Assembly: GCA_951406725.2 (NCBI GenBank)
Contig: OX597819.1
Coordinates: forward strand, 84,382,001-84,446,000
DNA: 64,000 bases
From: Octopus vulgaris
Taxonomy: Eukaryota
Direction of reading: 5' to 3'
Below, in pieces: positions 52,893 to 64,000 of the stretch. Position 1 is the stretch's first letter. Each line of letters begins with the position of its first letter. Position numbers and translations under genes: made by a program. The notes beneath the pieces were generated by a model. That model was not told where the DNA came from, made no database searches, and saw only the letters and a program-made list of their open reading frames with translations.

Positions 52893-55761
52893 TATTTCCA
52901 CCAATCATCTCCTTTCTGTACCTTCAGCCATTGCTCTTTCTCTCCTTTCTTATAATCCATTCTTAATACCTTTCTTATCTGCTATCACTCTCAGAGCCCT
53001 CTCATATCTATCATTGCACCTCCATTTATCATAGCCCCCTCCCTACCCAAGCCACTCATATCTCTCACCATCACTCACTACATTTACTTTTACCCTACCC
53101 CTCATCTCTAACTATTTCTCCTCACACCCTTATGAAACATCCCTACTCTATCCTCCCTCCTCTGTAATCCAAAGTCTGCATCCTCTCTTACACCTAGCTT
53201 GTATCCTAAGATGCTCAGCATCCCACCACAACTTGTCTTCTTTCCAGCCATTCCCACCCTTATATAATACAGAGTAACCTTGTATCTCTATTACAAGTCA
53301 TCTGGGCTAGTTCTTCGATCACACCCAAGTTTCTCAAAGCCTGGCATAAAACCAGTGTCCTTCCTCACCCTCTCAAACACTAATAGTAATGCCCCATTTA
53401 GTCAAAGAGGTTTTTTCTTTCTTTCTTTTTTTTCTTTTTCCTTTCTTCCTGTTCTTTTCTTGCCTTGCAAACTATTTGGCAACCTCACTAGAGCTGGTGG
53501 CATGAAAAAAACATCCAGTACAATCTGTAAAGTGGTTGACATTAGGAAAGGGCATCCAGTTGCAGAAATCATGTGAAAGCTGACATCGAGGCTTAATGTG
53601 GACCTACAGCTTGCCAGATCTGTCAAACTGTTCAACCCATGCAAGTATGGAAAATGGACATTAAACATTGATGATGATATCATTTCATCAGTAAGAGAGA
53701 CTCTAGCTGTTTAACATAAATGTCTCTCAACAAACATCCTACTATCTATAAATAAGGATTTAGGCTATAAACACTATATTTTAGAACAGCATACTAACAT
53801 TAACCCTTTAGCATTCACATTATTTTGAATTAATCAGGTATTATTTTGCAGCTTGGAGATTTTCATGAGTTATCTTAATTTCATGAGGTAACTTACAATA
53901 GTATTGTGGGGTTGGTGTGAGAGGCTAAACCTGGTTGATTTGAATGTAAAACTTATAGATTATTTTGGTTAGATATGGCCAGTTTAAATAAAGTTTGACA
54001 CATACTAACATGATGACTGTTATATGTAAATTTCTTCTTAGTGTTGGACAGGTTACTTTCGTATTTGACAATAACTAACCAAGACTATTCCAACACAAAT
54101 TCATCATCATACATAGAATCTTATATAGAAAGCAAATCTCATACTTTTCACAGAAGTTGAATTTCTCTCATTGTTTTCAAACCACCACAAATCAAAACCA
54201 GTATGCCATCGCTGGTACCCATACCAGTGCTAATTCAGATACCAAAGCAAAACTACAACCAATGATTTTCAATTTTAGATTGTAAGTTCAGTCTGCAATG
54301 AACACAACTGTAGATGCAATGTTCAAGGAAAGCTCTCTCACAAAATTGAAATCAGTGGCACAAAGCTTTACTTTTATGACCTTGAGTGAACAGGCTGCAA
54401 CCATATGTTAAATTAAGTCCTTACTTTTTGATATTCAGTATGTGCTGCATACAATCAGTACGTAAACTGACAGATGCATGGTAACAAGAGAAGTTCAACC
54501 TATATTCAAGTTGTCATTTCACTTGTTAGCCATTCTTATCCATTAATATTGTGCTCTACCTCCACACATTACATTGGTCATCATCTCCTCCCTCCTGCCA
54601 TTGGACCACCAATTTATCTCTCCTCGTGCACTATGCCTGTTTCTCTCTCCCCTTTCTTCTGCATCCCAGCCAAATATGTCATCTCTCTTTAGTTCTTCCT
54701 CTGACAATTGTATCATCATTAATATCCTGTTACTGCTCCTTTATTCCATCCCACTACCTTCCCCATCTCATGCACCAGTAGCCATCCTTTAACCACAACC
54801 AACCTTTATATATACTGCCTACCTCCTCTCTGTCCCCACTCACTTTTACTCACTTCATACCTTGAGGTACCACCTGGACATCTCATCACCATTATCTATT
54901 TTTGTAGCCAGTACTGATTCATTCTCACTCTCTCTCCTAAATGTGAGTAGCCATGTAGCTCCTCTACAACAACCTGCTCTGTCCTACCCACTTCTCTCAT
55001 ACCTTAACCCTAACTCTAGCATAAAACCCCATTCCTTAGGTTTCGTAGTCTTACAAGCTGCATGGCCTTAATAGTGCCAGTGACACAAGAAAAGCAGTCA
55101 GTACACACTGTAAAGTGGTTGGCATAAGGAAGTGCATCCATTTATAGCAATCATGTCAAAGCAGATACTGGACCATGATGCAGTCCTTGAACCCATGGGA
55201 TACTGTGAAACTATCCATCCATGCCAGCATAGAACATCATCATCATCATTATTTAACATCCATTGTCCATGCTGGCATAGGTTGGACAGTTTGACTGGGC
55301 TGGCACACTGGAAGGCTCACACCACACACAAGTCTGATTTGGCATGGTTTTCTACGGCTGGATATAGAACATTAAATGATAATGATAATGATGATGATGA
55401 TGATTTATGGCAAAGCTCATGACTAATGACACATTCTCCTGTTAACATTAGAGATGGCAGAAGACAGTGAACTGGCAGAATCGTTGCACACTAAGCAAAA
55501 TGCTTAGCGGCATTTCATTTGTCTCTTTATGTTCTGAGTTCAAATTCCACTGGAGTTCAACTTTACTTTTCATCCTTTCGGGGTTGATAAAATAAGTACT
55601 AGTTGATCACTGGGGGATGATGTAATTGACTAGCACCCTCCCCCAAACTTGCTGGCCTTGTGCCAAAATGTGAAACCAACATTAGAGACGGCAGTCATAA
55701 GTCACAGAATAAGTGTTGAATATCTCACTGTTGTAATCCACAGTAGAGTATAAACTAAAGG

Positions 55762-56767
55762 TATAAACCTTATATTCTCTTAACTATACACTCTATGCTT
55801 CATACAAACATTATGTTCTCTTAACTACCATATATACTCAAGTAATAGTCGATCTCATGTAAAAGTCAACCTCCTTATTTTTGGCCAAAAAATTGAGAAT
55901 TTTCCATAGACCCAGTATAAAAGTTGACCCTAGTATTTCACAAACAACAGGACAACATTTGTGGGTCAAGGTACCGTATTATCCTGTACATAGAAATAAC
56001 ACTTACAAAATTGTGTGGCTACCTTACTGTAGCCTGCTCTATAGGTGGAATGCTTGGTGCTTATAATGGAATGCTCAGAGCTTATAGTAAAACACCATTT
56101 AATAGTGAGTACTACACATCTGTTGATGGGTGCTACATCACCATTACTAAAATGTATGCACAGGATATGCTGCAAGCCTGCATACACCTTCAGGCACAAT
56201 AAACACATGAATCATACACTCGTTTACATGGTAAGAAATGTATTTCACAGACAGCACTATTGGCAAACACTGGCAAATGCCACTGTCCGAATTCATACAA
56301 ACGCATGACTTTGGAAACCCTAAAAACATTCAATTAATTGCTAAAACTTTATATTTTACTAGGACACGTGTTTTGATGCATAGAATTGGTAATATTACTA
56401 TAATTCATTATGTTTTTGTCTTTATTCACTTAGAGGTCAGTTGGGCTTCTGCTGCTGATACAGTAACTTGGATTCTCGCTTGAATTTCAGCCCCTCAAAA
56501 GTAGTATCCATGTAATAGTCAACCCCATAAATTTGACCTTAAAAATAGTCTAAAAAATTCAACTTTTTCATGAGTATATACAGTATATACTATGTGCTTC
56601 ATATAAACCTTATGTTCTCTTAACTATATACTATACATTTCATATAAATCTTATGTTCTCTTAACTATATACTATATGCTTTATGTTCCCTTAAATATAT
56701 ATAAACTTTATGTTCCCTTAAATATATACTATATGCTTTGCATAAACTTTATTTTTTCTTAACTATA
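55762..56767 (+). repeat. About 41-bp AT-rich minisatellite interrupted by a DNA transposon
   Basis: Unit tataaaccttatgttctcttaactatatactatatgcttca on both sides of the 55828-56583 insertion. Confidence 0.75.
55828..56583. mobile_element. Tc1/mariner-superfamily (pogo/Tc2-like) non-autonomous element
   Basis: TA|ccatatatactcaagta ... catgagtatatacag|TA, with internal repeated agtcaacc/agttgacc subterminal motifs. Confidence 0.65.
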
Positions 56768-56877
56768 AAACAAGGCTTTCCTTATACAACAGCTGGTAAA
56801 AAATATAACTAAATAGAACAGATAGAAAAATACTAAAAGAGACAGAGTAGATAACAATAAGTGAATATGTTACTAAC

Positions 56878-58193
56878 CTTTTGTTCATGTAGTCCATGCG
56901 AGGTACCAGCAGCAATAGATTCAAATGTTTTATCAGTTCTATTTGATGTCTGCTGTTTATTTTGAGTACTAAGATATGACAAAATATTAGCATATTTCCC
57001 AGGATTCAGTTTACTACTGGAATGATCTTTTGATTGATTAGACTTCTTCGGGGAACTAGAAGAAATCTTATTTTTAGAATTAGATTTTTTCTTGCCAGAC
57101 GCAGAGCTTTCTGTAGATCTTCTCTTAGGCTTCTTTCCTTGGATATTAGAAATGTTTTTTTTCTTGACTATCTTCTCCACTTCTTCGTCACTACTCAAAT
57201 TAAATACTGTAAGGGATGATTTGCGTGATAAATTTTTCTTTGAGCTTTTACTTGCAGACTCTCTTGAAACATGACTAACAGAAACATTTTGTCCTTTAGA
57301 AACATTAACTTTCTTCTGATCAGTTGAGTGTTCAGAGTCTCTAGATGAAATTTTCTTTTTACTTGGAGATTGTTTAGTACGAGTAACATTTGGTGAAGAC
57401 GAATCATCTTTTGGTAGGCTATGACTTCTTTGACCAAGCCTCGAACCAGATTGTTGTTTGGGTTTAGCACCCGAATTATTACGAGATGGAGTAATATCAC
57501 TTTTCTGTCTTTTGCTATTAGCTTTACTGGATTTTGTTTTGTTAGTGCTTCTAGAGTAATTACTAGAAGATTGGGAATATGCAGCTTCTACAGATTGTTC
57601 TCTATTTGTCTGTAATTTACTGGATTTGGGAGGATTAGATAAGTAATCTTCAGAACTTCTCGATTTTTGTAATTTTCTTTTAACACTGCCTTTCTCACTT
57701 ACAGTATCTCGTACGGAAGTTTGTTCAGAAAGAACTGAAGGGGACCTGCAAGTATTTCTAGAACTTGTTGATTGAATCTTTGCCTGCTGACTTTTTGAAG
57801 CTGTGAGTGTTTGATCCGAGACTTTTAATTTCTCTTTTTTAGACAATTGCTTTGACTTATTCTCTTTGTGGAGTGATTTATTACTGTGATGACTGATGTT
57901 AGTCTCTTGATATGACTTTGCAATTCTATTCTTAGATCTATTTTTATTTTTGATAACTTCCTTCCCAGAATTTTGTAAATGATGAATACTAGCAATAGAG
58001 GTGGTTTTATTTTGTTTCCATTTTGTCAGCAATGGTCTTTTTATTTTTGCACTGCTTTTGGTAATGTTTTGCTTTGGTGTAGCTATTGGTGCAAAATGTG
58101 ATTCTTCAATGCGTTTTAAATTCTTTGCTGTTCTTACTGACACAGGCTCAATGCAAGAAATCTCCAGGTATTTTTTCTGCACTTTTGATTTAG
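56878..58193 (-). CDS. CENP-U-like gene, exon C: 1316-nt Ser/Lys-rich, probably disordered region (about 439 aa)
   Basis: Corresponds to the 449-aa ORF 56833-58182. Acceptor ttatttttgtctttaag at 58194-58195 and donor CAAAAG|GTTAGT after 56878; phase 1->0. Confidence 0.9.
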
Positions 58194-59937
58194 CTTAAAG
58201 ACAAAAATAAAATTTAAAATAAGCATTTGAAAAATAAAGTAAATAGTTTAAAATCAAAAATAATATTTTTAAATATTTGTAAAACATTTTCAAATAATTT
58301 AATATACATTTAATAAAATGTTTCATATAAAATTGATTAAAACAACTGACAAGTCTACAAGCAGTACAGGATAACTTACAAGACTGTAAAAATGATTTTT
58401 CTTTTTTTCTGACATAAATATATGGAAGACCATATCTAATAAAGACAAAGAAAAAACCCTGAAGATTTGAACATAATTGTCATTTTTTTCTCTATGCTGA
58501 CTTGGGTTGGATGGGTCTTAGATGATCTCAACAAAATCTGGGCACATTTTATCATGCCACCAGCATTAGATGGGTTAGCTGAGGCAGGATTAGAAAGTTC
58601 CTTCTAACTGCTTTTGTTTTGTTTTGTTTCTTTTTAATACAAAGTTACTGCTCTCCTAGATGTGTTTCTTGCACTGCAGTTTGTGAGGTCCACATCTCTA
58701 CCATTCAGTAAACATCAAATTATTATTATTATTATTATTATTATTATAATTCTGATATTGCATCATGGTTGTAAATGAGCATCACCTTCATACAAAAGAG
58801 GTTGTTTATTTCCAGTCTTCAATGAAAAACATGTCTGCCATGGAAAAATATTACCTTGCTTGGAAACAGGTGAAGTTTGGTGACATGAAACAGTGGACAT
58901 TAAATGATGGTGATGATAATTATGATGATGGAAAAAAAGCAAAATAAAATATGGCCTAATCTTAGGTCAGCCCAAACTGAGACCTGAGGTGTCTACCCAT
59001 GACTTTCATATATTTTTAGATGTATCTAGAACTACATTATCTAATAGAATCATTCCTTATTTAAGACTGAAGGGCATGATCTGAAGGAAATTTGGCTGTT
59101 ATTTCAAGTACACAAAGCAACCACGGAGAAGCTCTCTTATTTACTCCAAAGGATGTTATGTGCATAAATGTACAGCATATCTGTGTGCCTTTCTATAGAA
59201 TAGAAGCTAGTTAACAATAGAATGATAGATTTGAAGGAGATTTGGCTGGTCTTTCTAACAGGTTAAACACTCCAGAGAGGCTCTTTAATGAATCACAATG
59301 CAATGTATGTTTATTGCATGTTTGTGAGTATATCTTTAGAATATATACTATTTTAGAACAGAATGATAAATTATTTTCTTGATACAAGTATCTTAACAGT
59401 AGCATTTCATATCTTCAGAAACACATGCATGAATACACGTATGTACACTGGTTCCTGCATGACAATACAATCAAATCATGAACCATGAAGTCAGTATCTA
59501 TGTAATCACTCAATCTGCAAGAAACAGCAACTGTAGACCCTTGTATCAAACACTACCCTCATAAAAAGAAAAAAAAAAAGAAGACTACATTGGTTACTGT
59601 AGTCGGGAGAGTCATGGATGGAACACCCTTAATAATAGGTCTGTTCAAGCAAGACTGACTGGGGGGCTTAGCAATAATCGTTTTTTCATTCAAATTGTTT
59701 TTAATTAATCATGCATTATCTCATAGCTTTGAAATTTTGATTATGTGATTGTATATTTTTAGAATGGCATTGAAGGGTAGGTGTGATAGGCTGGATCTGG
59801 CTAGTTAGAACCAAAAACAGGAAACATATTTAGGCTGGATATGGCGGGTTTAAATGTTAGTCTTTGATTTCACATGCAAAAAAAAAAATTCCAAGAAAAA
59901 AAAGAGCAACATATCAAAACAAAATATTTACATTTAC

Positions 59938-60052
59938 CGTAAGGCGTGTCTCTTGGGCTAGAAGCCCAAATTGGAGGTGGTAAGTCAAAAACATTCTCAT
60001 TAGATTTCTGTGCAGAGTTCTCTGCTTTTGGGTCAACATTTTGTGCTTTTCT
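59938..60052 (-). CDS. CENP-U-like gene, exon B (RKAQNVDPKAENSAQKSNENVFDLPPPIWASSPRDTPY)
   Basis: tttttcag acceptor and ACG|GTAAAT donor; 115 nt, phase 0->1, matching exon C. Confidence 0.8.
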
Positions 60053-61888
60053 CTGAAAAAGTAAAAATGAAGAGAGATGAAAATATAAACTAAAAAAAAA
60101 ATTATATGTGATGTGCATTGAATACAAAGATAAGGTGTACCTTTGTTCAGTTAACACCTATTTTTTGTTTGTTTTTGGGTTTTTTTCCTTTGTAAGCATG
60201 GGTTAAGATGGAGTTGTATTTTAGATTTTAGGCTTGATCCTCTCCTTGTCACCAACCCTTACCTATTTTTCAAAAGATTCTATATGTTTTCAAAAGCACA
60301 CAGCAACTACTCAATATTTCAACTAGGAATGTCAACAGTGCCACTTTAATCAAATGGTGACAAGCATGAAATATACAAATAGACACAAATTTATACACAC
60401 GCACAATCACTCACACATATGCATCATTATTATCATTTTAATGCCTATTTTTCCATGCTTGTAAGGATCATATACCTCTACAGACACAAGCAACACAAGG
60501 GCCACATGTTTCCATAGAAGAGTGCAAAGAAATAACACCACGTGTATGATGATGACATTCATTGACAATTTTTATGCAATTTCAGGACAAAAAGACACAA
60601 ACACACACACCTCTTTATCTTTTACTTGTTTCATGCGGCCATGCTGGGACACCACCTTGAAGAATTTTTAGTCGAATGAATCAACCCCAGTACTTATATA
60701 TATATATATTATCCTGGTACTTATTCTACCAGTCCTTTTTGCTGAACTGCCAAGTTACAAGGATATAAACAACCAGCACTAGTTGTCAAACAATGGTGGA
60801 GGACAAACACACACATGAAAAACTTCTTTCAATTTCCCTCTACCAAATCTACTTACAAGGCTTTGGGTTGGCCCAAGGCTATAGCAGAAGACACTTGCCC
60901 AAGGCTATAGCAGAAGACACTTGCCCAAGGCGCCACACACAGAGTGGAAGTGAACCCAGTACCATTTGGTTGGGAAGCAAACTTATTACCACACAGCCAT
61001 GCTTGTACCTACATATATGTGTATGTGCTTGAGTGTGTGTACATACAACAGTCTTTTTTTCATGCACTCACAAGGCTTTGGTTGGTCCAGGGCTATAGTA
61101 GAAGACACTTGCCTAAGGTACCATGCAGCAGGATTGAATCTGAAATCATGTGATTGGGTTGCAAAATGAACTTCTCAACTACACAGCCACTCATAGTGTT
61201 GCCATTCAATCTGTTTATCAACAATCATCATTTTGTTGTTTATCACTCTCACTCACTTCTCAGTTACTCTCTCTTTTATCACCCTCTCCCTCCTATTTCC
61301 CTGGCTTTCTCTAATCTCAGTTTCGTTCTGGTCTTCTTCCATCACTCACTCACTCAACCATGTTGTTTCTATTCTATCTCCTTATAACAAGCATCACAGC
61401 ATCTCTCTTTCTCTAGCACCTTCTTGCTCTGGCTCCCTTCCTACCCTATAGTGGGGGAAGGCAAAAAGGAAAGAATGAATGCAGACAACAGAGAAAAGAG
61501 AGGATTCTCAGTCTTTTCGGGTTGCCAAAAGTAAGATAACCTGTTTGGTGCCAGGGAATGAATGAACAGTGATGACATAGATACAGAGATCTCTGGCTTT
61601 GTTGGACACAAGACAGACTAACTGGAATGTTATGACAATAAAATGCACTCAATATATACTGTAAAAATGATTAGCAACTGGGAGGGCAGCCAATTGTAGA
61701 AACCATGCCAAAAAATGTGATGTAGGAGCCAAACATGATCTCAAACTCATCTAGAAGAGGAGTAAATCCAAAAAAGATTTGACTCATGGCAACATAGACA
61801 AATGGACATGATGATGATGATAGGTTGTCAAGGTTGAAATAACTAATAGTTATGAATTTTGATTAAAAATATAGAATATTTCACAAAC

Positions 61889-61955
61889 CTTATTCGGAGA
61901 TGTTTTCTTAGCAGGAGAAGTAAACTTAAATTCTCTTTTAGCAACCATCCGTTTT
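61889..61955 (-). CDS. CENP-U-like gene, exon A (KR-MVAKREFKFTSPAKKTSPNK); may contain the start ATG at 61948
   Basis: ttacag acceptor and AAG|GTTTGT donor. The phase-0 end joins exon B in frame. Upstream exons, if any, are outside the window or were not recognised. Confidence 0.65.
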
Positions 61956-62949
61956 CTGTAATAAGATAAATGTTAAAGAAATAAAACTTTAGAAATTTGA
62001 AATTTTGACAGTCAGGAGAGAGCATTCTGCTTGAAGACATCTTTCACATCTCAGATGATAGTCTCTTACACCAGTTACAGTGCTAGATAAGAGCTGTCCA
62101 GTTGTAGGAGTGGGTGATTTTTTCTATGAGCATTGTAAGAGGAAGAATGTTTTGCCATAGATAGCAGTGACCAGTCAACTGACTTCTATAAGGATCATTG
62201 TGCAGTGTTAGCATAGGTGCCATCTATCATTGTAGTAAAGGGATCCATCTAAGAACTAAATCAGTGTGAGATGTAAATGACCAGCAGAGAATGGATGCAA
62301 TTCTATATTTATACAATAAGTTCTTTAGGGTTGGTACCTCAATAAAACACCATAACCATTTTTTCTTTTTTTTTTCTTTTTGTTAAAAGGAATAGTTGAT
62401 ACATAACATGATTTAAAACCACTTTCTGACCTATGGGAGCCTTACAGTTTCCATTGTTACAACATTAAAAATAGGCAGTTTAAGAATAACGTTGTCTTTT
62501 TATAAACACTGCTCCAATGACCCCTTGCCTTGAGAGGCAGCCTTATAAGTTAGCACAAAATCTAAAGGCTTTTTCTCTTCAGTTCAGGACTTGGTCCCTT
62601 TCCCAGTGAGTATAAGATTTCAAGATGCCCATTTGAAGTCATTGATATCTAGCTGGGCTACTCACTGGATCAATGAGCACAGTGGTTAGCCACAACTCAT
62701 GAGTCTGTATCCTTATCAGATTGTCTGGTTAAACAGTCAACTTTACATTATTTACTTCCAAACAACCCAAAACCTTTGATACATAGAACTGGTCACAGAT
62801 TTACCAGTTCTATGCTACCAATCTTCAGTGTCTTATTGTTGCTACACACATTTAAGCAAAAAAAAAACACTTGGCAGATTGGTAAAACTCGTTTACCAAT
62901 ATGCTAAAACCACTCATAGATGTGCTGTTTCTTTCCTCTACTTCTCCTA

Positions 62950-63265
62950 CCTCTCTTCCTCTTCGCCCTTTTCAAGCCTAGCCAGGCTCAGGGGCCCGGT
63001 TTCCCAGTTTCTGTGGCGTATGTGTTCCCCCCAGCTGGACGGGACGCCAGTCCATTGCAGCATTACTCAAGAAACAGGAAGAGAGAGTGAGAGAAAGTTG
63101 TGGCGAAAGAATACAACAGGGGTCACCACCAACCCCTGCCGGAGCCTCATGGAGCTTTTAGATGTTTTCGCTCAATAAACACACACAACACCCGGTCTGG
63201 AAATCGAAACCGCAATCCTCTGACTGTGAGTTCGCTGCCCTAACTACTGGACCATTGCGCCCCCA
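62950..63265 (-). mobile_element. tRNA-derived SINE (different family)
   Basis: Minus-strand head ggcgcaatggtccagtagttagggcagcg...ggtttcgatttccagaccggg with A and B boxes. A related decayed head lies at about 46770-46935(-). Confidence 0.7.
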
Positions 63266-64000
63266 CACTTCTACACTTGCTACAATAATAGATTCTGCAC
63301 CTTTGAACTAGTATACTACAGACCATCACTGATCCAGATACCTAATGTCCCTATCTTTCCTCCTCCCATCATTTATGCTATGTATTACCAAATACCTAGT
63401 ACACTTCTAGTATCTTAACAGATCCTTGCTCCTTCTCTTTCAGATCCCTGACTTGTCATCTATGCAATAAGTGCGAAAGATTGTTTTAACTGGTACATCA
63501 CACATATTGAGAAGAGTATTGTTGCTGTGAGAATGATTACAACCCATGTCATTTTTTTCTTTCGCATAACTATGTAAATAACAATCTGGTGTGTTTATTC
63601 TAACGGCCTATCAAAGTATAGTGAGTTTCTTTGCCCTAGGTCTCTGGAAGATAGTCAGCAAAAAAAAAAATAGGAACAAGGCCTGAAATTTGGTGGGGAG
63701 GAGAATAGTTGATTACATCAACCCCAGTACTCAACTGATACTTATTTTATTGACCCTGAAAGGATAAAGGCAAAGTCAACCATGGTAGAATTTGAACTTA
63801 GAATGTAAGGACAGATGAAATGCTGCTAAGCATGTTGCTTGGCATACTAACAATTCTACCAGCTCACCACCTCAATAATAATAATAATAATAATCCTTTC
63901 TACAGTAGGCACAAGGCCTGAAATTTGGGGGCAGGGTGCTAGTTGATTACATCAACCACAGAGCTCAACTGGTACCTATTTTATCGACTTTTAACCCTTT

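Noticed and set aside
56833-58182. Standalone single-exon gene, or CENP-C
   Set aside because: It has in-phase splice sites on both sides. The downstream exons encode a helical CENP-U-like domain, not a cupin or CENP-C motif.

Overview
AT-rich eukaryotic genomic DNA dense in microsatellites and SINEs. The repeat families point to an octopod cephalopod (inference). There is one 100-N assembly gap at 22680-22779. Manual splice-phase reconstruction gives two minus-strand protein-coding genes that the ORF track mostly misses. (1) A 9-exon gene (CDS about 61948->37694, 704 aa if the ATG at 61948 is the start) whose C-terminal exons resemble the kinetochore protein CENP-U/PBIP1; it carries a 1316-nt Ser/Lys-rich exon. 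(2) The first coding exon of a pirin-family gene (1230->1104), which continues off the left edge. Between them is a SINE-poor, CpG-retaining island (about 22.8-26.5 kb) that is a candidate promoter. The rest is transposon debris: decayed mariners, RTE, CR1/L2 and R4/Dong LINE ends, non-autonomous Helitrons, several MITE families and at least four SINE families, often nested. Notable non-coding structures are a degenerate minimal type-I hammerhead ribozyme, a 110-nt loop-less palindrome, a perfect 17-bp hairpin and an adjacent inverted SINE pair. I found no convincing wholly new multi-gene system. Family assignments come from remembered motifs, not database searches.
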